The notes under the pieces were generated by a model. It was not told the DNA's origin. It saw nothing but the letters and a program-made list of their open reading frames with translations, and ran no database searches. A program made the translations under genes and the position numbers. 64,000 nucleotides of DNA, taken from assembly GCA_045597145.1 (NCBI GenBank), contig JAZODU010000018.1, positions 24,894-88,893 of the forward strand. Reading direction: 5' to 3'. Numbering within the stretch: the first letter of the stretch is position 1; each line of letters begins with the position of its first letter. The stretch is from Eubacteriales bacterium. GTDB taxonomy: Bacteria > Bacillota > Clostridia > Oscillospirales > CAG-272. Of this stretch, positions 9,912 to 19,469 are shown in pieces.

Positions 9912-11246
9912 ATGAAAAAACAACTGTCAAGAGTCATGCTTCTCTTGCTCGCGCTGACCCTCTTGCTGATGCCGCTCTCCTCCTGCGCCTCGTGCAAGGG
10001 AACCCACGGCACCCCCATGCTCACGCTGGAAATCGACGGCAAGACCTACGTCTACCCCGCAGAGCTCTACGAGCTCCAGCTTTCGATCCTCAAGGGAAAT
10101 CTTGCGGTGGCAGGCTACACGATCAACGGCAAAAACGCGCTCCAGAACGCCTTCTGGGACATGACCGACGATTTTGACAACAGCGGAAACCTCCAGACGA
10201 CCGACGAATACTACCGCGCCGTCATCCTCAAGGAGTGCCGCTACGTGCTTATCGCACAGTATATGTTTGATCTGTACGAACTGGAGCTGAGCGAGGCAAC
10301 GCTGGAGGAGATCGACGACTACCTCAACGAATTTGTCCTGACCGACGGTGACGGCAACAAGAACAAGCTCAACTCGGTGCTTGCCGACTACGGTGTCAAC
10401 TATGACCTGATGGAAGAGTACCTTGTGATGAACGCAAAGCTTGAGGCGGTGCAAAACCACCTCTACTCGCGCCTGGGTCACAACGTCAAGCAGAATTATC
10501 TCGAGGAGACCTACGTTCACTTCGACCAGATCTTCCTTGCCAACTACAACTACGTCTATGAGACCGACAAATACGGCGACGAGATCTACTTCAACGAGTC
10601 CGACGGCTCGGTCTGCTACAAGGTCACAACCCACACCGAGCTTGTAAACGGTGAGATCATCTACTACACCGATGCCTCGAAAACCCACGTGTCCTACGAC
10701 AGAGAAAAAGGCGTGCGCTCCTACAAGATCAACGCCGACGGCACGGGCTACGAAACAACGCCCAAAAGCGAATCCGAGCTGGAGGCACTTGACAACCGTC
10801 TGGACGCGCTCCTGACCGACCTCAGCGGTGCAACACCCGCGCAGTTTACGGCACTTGTGAGTGAATTGAGCGAGAGCGAGACCTACGCCGACGGCTATTA
10901 CCTGCAAAAGAACGTGGAATATTCGGCAAACAGCTCCGCGCTTTTCTATCTGGATCAGATCATGGAAAAGCTGGAAACGGCAGAGGTTGGCGAGATCTTT
11001 CACGTGGAATCCACGATGGGTTATCACATCGTGATGAAGCTTGACCACACCGAAAAGGCATATGAGATGGAGGAAAACGAATCCTGGTTTGAATCCTCCT
11101 ACAGCATCTCCTTTACCGAGGCACTGACCTCCAAGATCTTCCGCAACGAGTGCGACAAGCTTTACGACAAGGTATCGCTTGATCAAAAGGTTTATGCCGA
11201 CGTCAAAACGCTCAAGGACGTTCTTCCCAACTACTACTACAAATAA
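9912..11246 (+). CDS. Lipoprotein, probable divergent PrsA/SurA-like parvulin-type peptidyl-prolyl isomerase
   Basis: Signal peptide plus lipobox (LLLMPLSSC). C-terminal GEIFHVESTMGYHIVMKL resembles the parvulin G-x-H-I-[IV] strand. Its position after mfd is typical for prsA-like genes in Clostridia. The domain call is by eye only. Confidence 0.5.
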   Translation: MKKQLSRVMLLLLALTLLLMPLSSCASCKGTHGTPMLTLEIDGKTYVYPAELYELQLSILKGNLAVAGYTINGKNALQNAFWDMTDDFDNSGNLQTTDEYYRAVILKECRYVLIAQYMFDLYELELSEATLEEIDDYLNEFVLTDGDGNKNKLNSVLADYGVNYDLMEEYLVMNAKLEAVQNHLYSRLGHNVKQNYLEETYVHFDQIFLANYNYVYETDKYGDEIYFNESDGSVCYKVTTHTELVNGEIIYYTDASKTHVSYDREKGVRSYKINADGTGYETTPKSESELEALDNRLDALLTDLSGATPAQFTALVSELSESETYADGYYLQKNVEYSANSSALFYLDQIMEKLETAEVGEIFHVESTMGYHIVMKLDHTEKAYEMEENESWFESSYSISFTEALTSKIFRNECDKLYDKVSLDQKVYADVKTLKDVLPNYYYK

Positions 11247-11261
11247 TTTTTCTCAAAGCAC

Positions 11262-11290
11262 TTGACAAAGGAAGCGGCTTGTGGTATACT
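11262..11290 (+). promoter_or_regulatory. Promoter of the thi leader
   Basis: TTGACA (11262-11267), 17 nt, TATACT (11285-11290) with an upstream TGG. Confidence 0.6.
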
Positions 11291-11299
11291 ACAAGCGTT

Positions 11300-11482
11300 T
11301 CATACCAATCAAACCGCATAAAATCGGGGGTGCTGTCACAAGACGGCTGAGATGGCGATTGCCAAACCCTTTTACCTGATACGGATAATACCGGCGTAGG
11401 GAGATTCTTCTTTTGTTTGGGTACTTACTCTTAACAAAATGATTGACCACACGGAGATTTCGTGCGGTCAATTTTATTTTTT
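11300..11482 (+). promoter_or_regulatory. TPP (THI-box) riboswitch with intrinsic-terminator expression platform
   Basis: Aptamer core CGGGGGUGC...GGCUGAGA...ACCCUUUUACCUGAUACGGAUAAUACCGGCGUAGGGA at about 11322-11403. It is followed by the hairpin ATTGACCACACG/CGTGCGGTCAAT plus a T-run (11440-11482), directly upstream of thiT. Confidence 0.9.
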
Positions 11483-11496
11483 GGGAGGAAGTATCT

Positions 11497-12078
11497 ATGA
11501 ATATGAAACGATCCAAAAGCATTCGCGCGCTTTGCGAGTGTGCCGTGATGCTGGCTCTGGCTGTGGTGCTCAGCTTCGTGAAGTTCGCACAGCTCCCCTT
11601 CGACGGCTCGATTACCCTCGCGTCCATGCTGCCCATATGCCTCGTATCCATCAAATACGGCATCACGTGGGGCTTGGGAACGGCGTTCTGCTATTCCTGG
11701 ACGCAAATTTTGCAGGGCGGTGTGTTCTCGTGGGGTCTGACCCCCACGATGCTCATCGGCTCGCTCCTGCTTGACTACATCGTGGCGTTCACGGTGCTGG
11801 GACTGGCGGGGCTCTTCCGCAAAAAGGGCTTTGCGGGACAGATGCTCGGCATTACGCTCGCATGTGTGCTGCGCTTTGGCGTGCATTTTCTGGCAGGCAT
11901 CATTCTCTGGGCGAATTACGCCGAGTTCGTAGCCTTTGGCGCGGAATGGGTCAATCAACCCGTGCTCTATTCGCTCTGCTACAACGGCATCTACATGCTG
12001 CCCGACACAGCGATCGTGTTGGCTGTCGCCGCACTGCTGCTGCGTATTCCGCAGACCAAACGAATTTTGGAAGCATAA
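11497..12078 (+). CDS. thiT: Thiamine ECF-transporter substrate-capture (S) component ThiT
   Basis: Start trimmed to ATG 11497 (GGGAGGA RBS at 11483-11489). About 190 aa with multiple TM helices. It sits behind a TPP riboswitch. The N-terminus (ALCECAVMLALAVVLSF...LPFDGSITLASMLPI) is typical of the ThiT family. Confidence 0.85.
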   Translation: MNMKRSKSIRALCECAVMLALAVVLSFVKFAQLPFDGSITLASMLPICLVSIKYGITWGLGTAFCYSWTQILQGGVFSWGLTPTMLIGSLLLDYIVAFTVLGLAGLFRKKGFAGQMLGITLACVLRFGVHFLAGIILWANYAEFVAFGAEWVNQPVLYSLCYNGIYMLPDTAIVLAVAALLLRIPQTKRILEA

Positions 12079-12116
12079 AAAACCACTCTGCCCCGACGCG
12101 GTATGAAACGGGGGCA

Positions 12117-12151
12117 AAAGATGGGCGCCCCCACAGGACGCCCATCTTTTT
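12117..12151. terminator. Bidirectional terminator between thiT and the MFS gene
   Basis: AAAAGATGGGCG-CCCCCACAGGA-CGCCCATCTTTTTT lies between convergent gene ends. Confidence 0.6.
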
Positions 12152-13380
12152 TATCGTTTTCTTCCCTTCCACAGCTTGACGTAGATCGGGATCGCCGCCA
12201 GCGGAAAGAGCATGGCGACAAGCATTCCAAGCTTCATGCCGAATTGGTCGGGGGTGAGTGAGAGCGTGCGCGCCCCTTCTGCCAGCGTGGGATTGACGAT
12301 CGCCGCATCAGTGACGATCCCCATCATCTGCGGTCCCAGTGCCGCGCCGAGGTCTCCGCCCGATGCCATCAAGGCGTAGATAAACACACCGCCCGACGGG
12401 AAACGGTCGGAAGCCACGACAAGGCTGCCGGGCCAGAGCATCGACACGCAAAAGCCTGTCAGCGCGCAAGCCGCCAGCCCCACGATCGGCAGCGGCGACA
12501 GCACCGCGAGCAGATAGCAAAAAACAGCTCCAACAGCACCCAAAATCAACACACGCTCGATGTTTTTGCCGATCTTGGCGTAAAGCGTGCGCCCAAGCCC
12601 CAGCATGGCGGCAAACACAGCAAAGCCGAAGATATCTCCCCAAAGCTTCGGGATTCCAAGCGTCGCTTCAAGATATCCCGAGCTCCATTGCGTCATGACC
12701 GCCTCGGCAACGCTGCCGAGAAAGATCCCCGCGACGCTGAGCCAAAGCCCGCGATTTTTCAAGAGGCGCAATGCACCCGACACGCGCTCGGGCGTTTCCA
12801 TTTTGGGGATCTCCACGCCCGAAAAGAGGATCATGGAAAGCATGGGAATTGCCGCAAAGAGCAGTGCCAACCATTGCCAGCGCTCGCGCCCGAGCAGCTC
12901 GAGAAAGAGCGTTGCAAAAATGATCACGCCGACCACGCCCCACGCATAGGTGGAGTGAAGCTTGCTCATTTCGCGGTCGGGATCGTCCGACGGAATCGCG
13001 GCGATCACCGGGCTGGTCAGCACCTCGTTCAGTCCCGCTGCGGCTGAAAAGATCACCGTTCCGATCACAAGCCCCGCATAGACCGCATCGGGAAAGAGGA
13101 AGGACCAGAGCGCATAGATACACAACCCCAGCACCGTCAGCACGGGGGTCATTTTGACGGCGGCGGGGATATTGATCCTGTGCGAGAAAAAGGAGAGAAA
13201 TAGGTCAACGGAAAGCTGAGTCAGAAAATTGATCAGCACCAAGAACCCCAAAAGCGAATAGGAGATGCCGTAGAGCGTGCGGAAGGTCAGAAAGAGGATC
13301 GAAGAGAGCACGGTCACGGCGGACATGGAAACGTTGATGGTATAGCAGGCGTATTTTAAGCGCGTGTATTTGTTTTGCAT
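12151..13380 (-). CDS. MFS-type transporter
   Basis: 409 aa and hydrophobic throughout, with about 12 predicted TM segments in a two-halves MFS-like layout. Substrate unknown. Confidence 0.75.
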   Translation of the reverse strand: MQNKYTRLKYACYTINVSMSAVTVLSSILFLTFRTLYGISYSLLGFLVLINFLTQLSVDLFLSFFSHRINIPAAVKMTPVLTVLGLCIYALWSFLFPDAVYAGLVIGTVIFSAAAGLNEVLTSPVIAAIPSDDPDREMSKLHSTYAWGVVGVIIFATLFLELLGRERWQWLALLFAAIPMLSMILFSGVEIPKMETPERVSGALRLLKNRGLWLSVAGIFLGSVAEAVMTQWSSGYLEATLGIPKLWGDIFGFAVFAAMLGLGRTLYAKIGKNIERVLILGAVGAVFCYLLAVLSPLPIVGLAACALTGFCVSMLWPGSLVVASDRFPSGGVFIYALMASGGDLGAALGPQMMGIVTDAAIVNPTLAEGARTLSLTPDQFGMKLGMLVAMLFPLAAIPIYVKLWKGRKR

Positions 13381-13622
13381 GGAGACACCTCCCTGTTTTG
13401 ATCCCGTTTATTATAACACATCACTAAAAAAATAGCAAGTGCAAATTCAAAAAGCCGCGCGGAAAGCATCCACGCGGCCGTTTTTTATGTTCTCCTACAA
13501 GGTCAAAAGCTTCATGGAGGGATCCTTTCTGCTCACCGTTTGACGTCTGTATTGGCATTATACTAAACATATTTGCAAAAAAGCAATTGTCTTTTTCGCG
13601 CAAAAGATTGCAAATATTGCTC

Positions 13623-13651
13623 TTGACAAACGTGTGCGTTTCGGGTATAAT
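13623..13651 (+). promoter_or_regulatory. Consensus sigma-A promoter of rnpB
   Basis: TTGACA (13623-13628), exactly 17 nt, TATAAT (13646-13651). Confidence 0.7.
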
Positions 13652-13656
13652 AATGG

Positions 13657-14012
13657 ATAGCTCCGCCGGACGGTCGCGCGGTATGTTGCCGAAAGGTATT
13701 ACCGTGAGGAAAGTCCGGGCTTCACAGGACAGGATAGCTGATAACGTCAGCCACGGGTAACCGTCGGGAAAGTGCAACAGAAATAAACCGCCGCCACGCG
13801 CGGTAAGGATGGAAAGGCGAGGTAAGAGCTCACCCGTTCCTATGGTAACATAGGTCCGCTGTAAACCCTATCCGAAGCAACACCCCATGGGAGGCTTGTC
13901 CGGCATATCTCCCGAGGTGGCACGAAACACGCGTTTCGAAGCGTCGCGGTGACGCGGCGCGCAGATTGATGACCGCCCTCGACAGAACCCGGCTTACAGG
14001 CGGAGCTGTATC
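13657..14012 (+). ncRNA. rnpB: RNase P RNA (bacterial M1 RNA)
   Basis: Universally conserved GAGGAAAGUCCGGGC (about 13696-13710) and ACAGAACCCGGCUUA (13982-13996). P1 pairing AUAGCUCCGCC / GGCGGAGCUGUAU defines the ends. The overlapping track ORFs (13424..13777, 13830..14273) are spurious. Confidence 0.9.
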
Positions 14013-14019
14013 GAAAAGT

Positions 14020-14056
14020 AAATCAGTCGTGACCGCGGTCACGACTGATTTTTTTA
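14020..14056. terminator. Bidirectional terminator (rnpB / LRR gene)
   Basis: AATCAGTCGTGACC-GCG-GTCACGACTGATT followed by TTTTTT. It overlaps the stop of the convergent minus-strand gene. Confidence 0.75.
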
Positions 14057-15463
14057 TTTCAATTTGCTCTCGACACAGCCGTTCCCTTCGCCAAAGGTGA
14101 CCTTCTGCGAGGCGGAAACCGACTTGATTGCCGTGCAGTTGCGGAACGCCTGCGCGCCCACGCTCGTAACACCGCCGAGCTTCACGGTCTTGAGTGAGAT
14201 GCAATCGGCAAAGCAGGATGCGGGGAGAGATTTGAGCGCACTCGGCAAGGTCACCGATGTCAGCGACACGCACCCGTAGAACGCGTTTGCACCGATCTTC
14301 GTCAGCCCCGTGCCAAAGGTGATCTCCTTGAGCGCGCTACATCCGTGAAACGCCGCCTCGCGGATGGTTTTGAGCGAATCGGGGAGCTTGACGCTCCAGA
14401 GCGCGGTGCACAGATAGAAGGCGCGCGCACCGACGGTCGTCAGTCCCTCGGGCAGAACGACCTCCCTGAGTGACTCGCACTCAAAAAAGGCGTAATTGCC
14501 AAGTGACGTGCAGCACGAAAGCAGCTCCACGCGCGCAAAACGCGGCGGATAATACCCCTTTGAAAACTCAACGTGCTCCGCACCGAAAATATAACCGAGG
14601 TAGGTGTTTTCGGTCGCCGTACCACCCACAAACGGAAGCGTGAGGCTGAGCAGCCCGTCACAGCCCAGCAGTGCCGCATAGCCGATTGAGGTCAGCGACA
14701 CGCCAAAGACGAGTTCCTTAAAGGACGTGCAATCCGCAAAGGCGTATTCCCCGATCGCGTGCAATTGCTCCAGACCGACCACGCTTTCCAGGGACGTACA
14801 GTTGTAAAACGCAAATTTTCCCACCGTTTGAACGCTTTCGGGGAGGATCACCGCCAAGAGGTCGTTGCAATCAAAGAAGGTGTACGCGGCAATCTCCTCT
14901 ACCGTTCCGCCAAGGCGCACCAGCTTGAGCGACGCGGGAATATCACGCGGGTTGTTTCCGTGCGTATCCGCGCCAAAGAGGTATCCGAGGAACTGCGCGC
15001 TCTCGGCGTCCTCGCCCATCAAGGCGCACTCCAGATATTGCAGGGACGTGCAATTTTTCAAGATCCCCTCGCCGATATACGAGAGCGTATCGGGCAGGAT
15101 CAGCGTCACAAGCTCCGTGTGTCCTTCAAAAACGCCGTCGGCAATGCTCGTTACCGTCGCGCCGTCAAGTGTGTGCGGTACACGCACAGCGGATGCCTCC
15201 CCCGTGTAAGCCGTGATACGCGCCACGCCGTTGGCGGTGACGTAGGTAAAATCCGAGGCAGGGGCTGTCGGCACCTGATCCAACTGCTCGGCGGCAAGAG
15301 AGGCGTAGTCCGCGCCCTCCGGCACCTCAACGGGCGCGGTGTCGATTTTCTTGGGAACGGTCAGGGTGCTGTCGGGTGCCTCCCCCCTGTTTTTGCAAGC
15401 GGCAAGGGGCAAGACAAGCATCAGCGCGGCAAGCCCCAGCGCGATCATTTTTTTGACGTTCAT
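14054..15463 (-). CDS. Leucine-rich-repeat (BspA-like) surface lipoprotein
   Basis: Lipoprotein signal MNVKKMIALGLAALMLVLPLAAC. About 23-aa repeats of the type F..C..L..V.LP..L..IG..AF..C run through the protein. Confidence 0.8.
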   Translation of the reverse strand: MNVKKMIALGLAALMLVLPLAACKNRGEAPDSTLTVPKKIDTAPVEVPEGADYASLAAEQLDQVPTAPASDFTYVTANGVARITAYTGEASAVRVPHTLDGATVTSIADGVFEGHTELVTLILPDTLSYIGEGILKNCTSLQYLECALMGEDAESAQFLGYLFGADTHGNNPRDIPASLKLVRLGGTVEEIAAYTFFDCNDLLAVILPESVQTVGKFAFYNCTSLESVVGLEQLHAIGEYAFADCTSFKELVFGVSLTSIGYAALLGCDGLLSLTLPFVGGTATENTYLGYIFGAEHVEFSKGYYPPRFARVELLSCCTSLGNYAFFECESLREVVLPEGLTTVGARAFYLCTALWSVKLPDSLKTIREAAFHGCSALKEITFGTGLTKIGANAFYGCVSLTSVTLPSALKSLPASCFADCISLKTVKLGGVTSVGAQAFRNCTAIKSVSASQKVTFGEGNGCVESKLK

Positions 15464-15646
15464 GTGTATTTCCTTTCAGCAAAGCGAAAAATCCGATGAT
15501 CTACGCATTATTTTATCACAAAAAAGCGTTTTCTGCAAGTCTTTCCTCTCACATTTCACAATTATTTCAATTCCGTCACCGAAACTTCTTGTAAAAGACG
15601 AAAAAAAATGATATACTATCGTCAGATCAAAAAAACGGGGTACGCT

Positions 15647-16585
15647 ATGCAGATCATCATTTCAAAGGAATGGGCAGGACGGTCGGTGCGCGAGCTGCTG
15701 CGCACCGAGCTTGATCTGTCGACAAAAATGCTGAAATATCTCAAATATCGCAATGCCGGCATCTGCGTGAATGGCGTGCGTTGCACTGTGCGGTACGCGC
15801 TGCGCGAGGGGGACGTGTTGACTCTGGAAACCGAGGATCGCGCATCCTCGCCGAATCTTGCGGCGGTGGAGCTCCCCTTGGACGTGCTGTACGAGGACGA
15901 CGAGCTCGTCGTCCCCTCAAAGCCCGCCGATATGCCAACGCACCCCTCGCATGACCACCACGACGACACCGTGGCAAACGCGCTGGCGTTCCGCTACGCA
16001 CAACGCGGGATCCCCTTCGTGTTCCGCCCGATCAACCGCCTTGACCGCAACACGAGCGGACTATTGCTCGTGGCGCGCAACAAGACCGCCGCAGGGCGTC
16101 TGACGCAGGCGCTGCAGGCGGGAGAGATCCGCAAGCAGTATCTGGCGGTTCTGGACGGAGAGATGCGCGAGCGTGCGGGCGAGATCGACGTCTGCCTGCA
16201 CCGCACGAAGGAGAGCATTATCCTGCGCGAGGTCTGCACACCCGACACGCCCGACGCCGATCCTGCCAAGACCGTTTACGAGGTTTTAGCGGTCGAAAAC
16301 GGACACACGCTGGTCAAGGCGTCGCCGATCACGGGGCGCACGCACCAGTTACGCGTGCACTTTGCGTCAAGCGGGCATCCCATCACGGGCGACGACCTCT
16401 ACGGCACGCCCACGAACCTGATCCCGCGTCACGCGCTGCACGCACACACGCTGTCCTTTCCGCATCCGAGAACGCACGAGCGCATGACGCTCCAAGCCCC
16501 TCTCGCCCCCGACATGGAAGCCCTGATCCGCACGCTGTTCCCCGCATTTTGGGAATCGCTTACCACGAAGAAGGAGGCTTTATGA
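15647..16585 (+). CDS. RluA-family 23S rRNA pseudouridine synthase
   Basis: S4-like N-terminus, catalytic motif NRLDRNTSGLLLVARN, and HQLRVH. The track start 15608 lies inside a TG-extended -10 element (TGATATACT, 15608-15616; -35 TTGTAA), so ATG 15647 (MQIIISKEW) is preferred. Confidence 0.9.
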   Translation: MQIIISKEWAGRSVRELLRTELDLSTKMLKYLKYRNAGICVNGVRCTVRYALREGDVLTLETEDRASSPNLAAVELPLDVLYEDDELVVPSKPADMPTHPSHDHHDDTVANALAFRYAQRGIPFVFRPINRLDRNTSGLLLVARNKTAAGRLTQALQAGEIRKQYLAVLDGEMRERAGEIDVCLHRTKESIILREVCTPDTPDADPAKTVYEVLAVENGHTLVKASPITGRTHQLRVHFASSGHPITGDDLYGTPTNLIPRHALHAHTLSFPHPRTHERMTLQAPLAPDMEALIRTLFPAFWESLTTKKEAL

Positions 16586-17682
16586 ACACCCCCGAAAGCC
16601 GTGTAAAAAAATTACCCCTTGCGTCAAGGATCATTTTTGCCCTCACCGCCGCCAGTGCCTTGATCTACTTGGCGTTCGTAATCAGCCCCGCCTTTGCCGA
16701 TTGGTTCAACCGCACCGTCAGCCCCGTGTTCCGCTTTCTGCTGGCAAAGCTGACGGGCTGGCTCCCCTTTTCCGTGGCGGAGCTGTGTATCCTGCTGATC
16801 CCTCTCGCGGCAGCGGTCTTAATCGTCATTGCGTACCGTCACTACTGCAATTCATGGCGGAATACGCTGGTCTATATCGGGATCATTCTGTCCCTCGTCT
16901 GCATCGTTCTCAACCTCTTCGTATGGACCTTTGCGGCTGGCTATCACGGGTACACGCTGGACCACAAGCTGGGGCTGGAGCGCCGCCCCGTGAGTGCCGA
17001 GGAGCTGTACGACACGGCAGAAATTCTGGCGGCGGAGCTTTCTTGCCTTGCCGACGAGATCACCTATCAGCCAAACGGCGCATCGGTCATGCCCTACTCG
17101 GTTTCCGAAATGAACGACAAGCTCATTGACGCTTACGACCGCGTGTGCGAGCAATACGATTTTCTCGATCATTTTTCCTCGCGGCTGAAGCCCGTGATGC
17201 TGAGTGACCCGATGTCCTACACGCACATTACCGGTGTTTACACCTTTTTCACGGGGGAGGCAAACATCAACGTCAACTTCCCCGATTACACGATCCCCCA
17301 CACAGCGGCACACGAGCTGGCGCACCAGCGCGGTGTGGCACGCGAGGATGAGGCAAATTTCGTGGCGTTCTTGGTCTGCATGGCATCCGACGACCCTTAT
17401 ATCCGCTACAGCGGCGTACTGAACACATATGAGTTCGTCATGTCCGCACTCTACGCCGCCGATTACGAGGGATACGCCGAGATCCGGCAATCGGTGCCCG
17501 AGGAGATCCACGGCGAGCAGGCAGCCTACAGCGCGTTTTTTGACAAATACCGCGACAATCTTGCCGCATCGGTCACGGGTGCCACCAACGATGCCTATCT
17601 CAAGGGGCAAGGCTCCTCTGCAGGCACGCGCTCCTACAGCATGGTCGTGGATCTTGCGGTAGCATATTACAGGAAGAAATAA
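16582..17682 (+). CDS. DUF3810-like membrane zinc-metalloprotease-like protein
   Basis: Start ATG 16582 with AAGGAGG RBS. N-terminal TM helices and an HELAHQRG (HExxH) motif. The DUF3810 assignment is by recollection of family features. Confidence 0.65.
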   Translation: MNTPESRVKKLPLASRIIFALTAASALIYLAFVISPAFADWFNRTVSPVFRFLLAKLTGWLPFSVAELCILLIPLAAAVLIVIAYRHYCNSWRNTLVYIGIILSLVCIVLNLFVWTFAAGYHGYTLDHKLGLERRPVSAEELYDTAEILAAELSCLADEITYQPNGASVMPYSVSEMNDKLIDAYDRVCEQYDFLDHFSSRLKPVMLSDPMSYTHITGVYTFFTGEANINVNFPDYTIPHTAAHELAHQRGVAREDEANFVAFLVCMASDDPYIRYSGVLNTYEFVMSALYAADYEGYAEIRQSVPEEIHGEQAAYSAFFDKYRDNLAASVTGATNDAYLKGQGSSAGTRSYSMVVDLAVAYYRKK

Positions 17683-17958
17683 GAATCCAACAGCGGGAGG
17701 CTCTTGCGAGTCTCCCTTTTTTTGTTCTGCCCCAAAGCACACTTCTTCCGTGTCGGCATATACTGAAAATGCGGTCGCAAGCCGCAAAAAAATTGCAAAA
17801 AAATAGCAAAAGGGACTTTTCTTTTTGGAAATGTTATGTTATAATGTTAATATAAATATAATTTGTTTATATAGAGTGCCGAAAGCCCGTGCTTCGGTTG
17901 CTCTGTCAACACTACGGAAAAGGAGTGGGCGGCACGTCTGTGTCCCCTGTATCACATC

Positions 17959-19266
17959 ATGTCAACGACAAGAATGATCATTCAGGGCGGAAGACCTCTG
18001 TACGGTGAGATACCCGTCAGCGGTATGAAAAACGCGGCGTTGCCGATCCTTTTCGCAACGATCCTCGTAGGGGACGCTTGCACGCTGGAAAACATTCCGG
18101 GGGTCAGCGATATCGCCACCTCGCTCGAGCTTCTGCGCCAGATGGGCGCGCAGATCACCTACCTCAATCCCACCACCGTCCGTATCGACACGACCTACAT
18201 CAAGCAAGGTGCATCCCCCGACGAGCTCGTGCGCAAGCTGCGCGGCTCCTCCTATCTGCTCGGCGCGGAGCTCGGTCGCTTCGGCAAGGCGCGCATCACC
18301 TGGCCCGGCGGCTGTGACTTTGGTGGCACGCGCCCCTTGGATCAGCATTTCAAGGGATTCCGCGCACTCGGCGCACAGATCGACACCGACGGCGGCGTCA
18401 TTCGCGTGGAAACGGAAGCACCGCTGACGGGAGCAGGTACGGTGTATTTTGACATTGCATCGGTGGGTGCTACGGTCAACGTAATTTTAGCGGCGGTTCT
18501 GGCAAACGGTACGACGACCATCGAAAACGCGGCGCGCGAGCCGCACATCGTCGACCTTGCCAACTTCCTCAACGCCTGCGGTGCCAACATTACGGGAGCG
18601 GGCACGTCTGTCATCAAGATCCACGGTGTTACCTCGCTGCGCGGCTGCACCTACACGATCATTCCCGACATGATCGAGGCAGGCACTTATATGGTAGCGG
18701 TTGCCGCTACGGGTGGTTGCGTGCGTATCCGCTCGGTGATCCCCAAGCACGTGGAATCGGTTACGACAAAGCTGCGCGAGATGGGCGTGGAGGTCATTGA
18801 GGAGGACGACTCGGTCGTGGTCAAAAGCGACCGCAAGCTGACCAACGTCAACATTCAAACGCTGTATTACCCCGGCTTCCCCACCGACATGCACCCGCAG
18901 TTCGCCGTGCTTCTCTGCATTGCAAACGGCATCGGAACCATTCACGAGGGGATCTGGGCAAACCGCTTCCGCTACGTCGAGGAGCTTCGCAAAATGGGCG
19001 CGACCATTATGCTCGATTCGCAAAACGCCACGATCGTTGGCGTTGAGAGGCTGACGGGCGCGGTCGTGAAGGCAACCGACCTGCGCGCGGGCGCGGCATT
19101 GGTCGTGGCGGGACTTGCCGCCGACGGCGTGACCGACATTCGGGACGTCCAATACATCAAGCGCGGCTACGACAGCATCGTGGAAAAGCTGCAGGGGCTT
19201 GGCGCGGATATCACCGAGGAGCCGTTTGACGAGAATCCCGCTGACGTTATGCAAAAAGCAAATTAA
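17959..19266 (+). CDS. murA: UDP-N-acetylglucosamine 1-carboxyvinyltransferase
   Basis: MIIQGGRPLYGEIPVSGMKNAALPILFATIL and an active-site Cys loop WPGGCDFGGTRPLDQH. 435 aa. No obvious SD before either candidate ATG (17959 or 17974). Confidence 0.95.
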   Translation: MSTTRMIIQGGRPLYGEIPVSGMKNAALPILFATILVGDACTLENIPGVSDIATSLELLRQMGAQITYLNPTTVRIDTTYIKQGASPDELVRKLRGSSYLLGAELGRFGKARITWPGGCDFGGTRPLDQHFKGFRALGAQIDTDGGVIRVETEAPLTGAGTVYFDIASVGATVNVILAAVLANGTTTIENAAREPHIVDLANFLNACGANITGAGTSVIKIHGVTSLRGCTYTIIPDMIEAGTYMVAVAATGGCVRIRSVIPKHVESVTTKLREMGVEVIEEDDSVVVKSDRKLTNVNIQTLYYPGFPTDMHPQFAVLLCIANGIGTIHEGIWANRFRYVEELRKMGATIMLDSQNATIVGVERLTGAVVKATDLRAGAALVVAGLAADGVTDIRDVQYIKRGYDSIVEKLQGLGADITEEPFDENPADVMQKAN

Positions 19267-19300
19267 AAAAAGAAGCGCATTGTTGTGCGCTTCTTTTTTT
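19265..19300 (+). terminator. murA terminator
   Basis: AAAAAAAGAAGCGCA-TTGTT-GTGCGCTTCTTTTTTT. Confidence 0.75.
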
Positions 19301-19406
19301 AGTTAAGACACTTGAGGAACTCAACACCGCAAATTCGCAATACCCGATTATACCGCGCTACAGGCGAAAAATCAATAGCAGATCCCGCTTTTCCCATATT
19401 CTCCCT

Positions 19407-19436
19407 TGAATACGCCAATGCTTACACGCCAATACT
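19407..19436 (+). promoter_or_regulatory. Candidate forespore (SigF/SigG-type) promoter of sigG
   Basis: TGAATA (19407-19412), 17 nt, CAATACT (19430-19436) resembles the B. subtilis SigG/SigF consensus (GNATA ... CATNNTA). Similarity only. Confidence 0.35.
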
Positions 19437-19469
19437 TTTCTTGGAAAAAGAAAAACGGAGTTTTGGCGA

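Noticed and set aside
13424-14273. Two minus-strand ORFs (117 aa and 147 aa) between the MFS and LRR genes.
   Set aside because: They overlap the RNase P RNA gene, which has a consensus promoter, conserved GAGGAAAGUCCGGGC and ACAGAACCCGGCUUA motifs, and P1 pairing.
17683-17958. AT-rich 276-nt region and hairpin (about 17873-17905) upstream of murA as a possible riboswitch or sRNA.
   Set aside because: I could not match it to any riboswitch class from memory. It contains several overlapping promoter-like TATAAT elements and one imperfect hairpin. I left it as an unexplained leader rather than a claim; an Rfam scan would settle it.
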